Shown piece by piece: positions 62,427 to 64,000 of a DNA stretch of 64,000 bases. A program made the position numbers and the translations under genes. Source of the stretch: Octopus bimaculoides (taxonomy: Eukaryota); contig NC_068991.1 of assembly GCF_001194135.2 (NCBI RefSeq), forward strand, positions 7,365,174-7,429,173, in the 5' to 3' direction. Position 1 is the first letter of the stretch. Every line of letters begins with the position of its first letter. The notes under the pieces are model-generated. The model saw only the letters and a list, made by a program, of their open reading frames with translations, had not been told where the DNA came from and ran no database searches.

Positions 62427-64000
62427 ATATAATATAAATAATATATACATATATATATATATGCATATATACATACGTATATGTACATACTTACATCTAT
62501 ATGTACATGTATATATATATATATATATGTGGGCACAGGATGTCACAAAACATAAACAACAAAAAATACGAAGTACGAGTACATGTAATATGAAGAATTT
62601 TTTTGAACAACGAAACACACAAATGGAAAACAAGACAAACAACATAAAGGACGACCCTTCATCAGTTGTTGGCTGTTTTTTTACTCCTGTATTTCAAGTA
62701 TTTCACAACAAGATACGCCTTCGATAAAACAGTTGCTCCTGCCGAGCNNNNNNNNNNNNNNNNNNNNNNNNNNNNNNNNNNNNNNNNNNNNNNNNNNNNN
62801 NNNNNNNNNNNNNNNNNNNNNNNNNNNNNNNNNNNNNNNNNNNNNNNNNNNNNNNNNNNNNNNNNNNNNNNNNNNNNNNNNNNNNNNNNNNNNNNNNNNN
62901 NNNNNNNNNNNNNNNNNNNNNNNNNNNNNNNNNNNNNNNNNNNNNNNNNNNNNNNNNNNNNNNNNNNNNNNNNNNNNNNNNNNNNNNNNNNNNNNNNNNN
63001 NNNNNNNNNNNNNNNNNNNNNNNNNNNNNNNNNNNNNNNNNNNNNNNNNNNNNNNNNNNNNNNNNNNNNNNNNNNNNNNNNNNNNNNNNNNNNNNNNNNN
63101 NNNNNNNNNNNNNNNNNNNNNNNNNNNNNNNNNNNNNNNNNNNNNNNNNNNNNNNNNNNNNNNNNNNNNNNNNNNNNNNNNNNNNNNNNNNNNNNNNNNN
63201 NNNNNNNNNNNNNNNNNNNNNNNNNNNNNNNNNNNNNNNNNNNNNNNNNNNNNNNNNNNNNNNNNNNNNNNNNNNNNNNNNNNNNNNNNNNNNNNNNNNN
63301 NNNNNNNNNNNNNNNNNNNNNNNNNNNNNNTATTTTTGTATGAAAATTTCAACAGGTAGTGTAGATTCTGATTATATCAAAATCTGTTGTGAAAAAAAAA
63401 AAAAAAAAAATCGTGAGTGCGGAAAGGAGTTTCATAAAAAGTCATACGAGTTGGATTTGTTTTCTCACAACTTTCAGAAAAACGGTTATTTTTTAATGAC
63501 ATTTTCTATAAATACATTTCAGAGTCTGTATATTACGATTATACCGGAATTTAATATGAAAAACAAAACTAGTGAACTTGTACACATACATACTGACACA
63601 CGTCATATAAATCTACAAAACGAAACTAGAAATTAAAAAGGAAAATTGTGATGTGTGTTAGCATGTATGTGGGCTCCCCAATTTAACGATCTAATCATAA
63701 TTTAAACACTTTGATAGATATGTTAGAAAACATCATTTAAAAATACCCGTTTTTTCCCCCAAAAGTTATGAGGAAACAAAGCTGATTCATGAGAATTTTC
63801 CGAAACTCCTCTCCCCGGTCACGAAAATTTTTTTGTCAAAATAAATTCTGATAAAATTGGAATCTACACAATCTGAAGCATATTTGTTGAAAATTTCACA
63901 CAAAAATGTTCATTTTTCTGGAAGCGTTAGCGAGCATCCATTTATAGTGTCACCAGAGGCAACAAAATCGTGTGGAAGCAACATACCCCACCCCTTTCTC

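Noticed and set aside
10417-63359. Long ORFs containing X-runs (for example 31665-32560, 49508-50645, 53191-53744, 58130-59008, 62666-63359)
   Set aside because: Artifacts of translation through N gaps, flanked by SINE or microsatellite sequence.

Overview
AT-rich, intron-rich animal genomic DNA from a draft assembly with about 10 N-gaps, many microsatellites and dense SINE/LINE/MITE content. The repeat repertoire looks coleoid-cephalopod (Octopus-like); this is inference. There are no prokaryotic features and no CRISPR array. Seven protein-coding loci were reconstructed by hand, with splice sites and exon phases checked: DNAJC17 (minus, 7 exons, runs off the window start), RPL9 (plus, CDS intronless, one 5' UTR intron), PSMD1/Rpn2 (minus, 3-kb intronless CDS), a 3-exon 77-79 aa roh-like small membrane protein (plus), ASRGL1 (minus, 6 exons, 316 aa), a mitoregulin (MTLN)-like microprotein ORF (minus) and PPME1 (plus, 14 exons found, one expected exon probably lost in a gap, one U12-type intron). 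Best leads: (1) the MTLN-like ORF is followed by a perfect splice donor pointing into ASRGL1, suggesting a bicistronic mRNA; (2) a fold-back tRNA-headed element with hammerhead-like/Penelope-like arms in a PPME1 intron; (3) the intronless PSMD1 and RPL9 CDSs; (4) alternative PPME1 N-termini. All homology calls rest on recalled reference sequences, not on searches.
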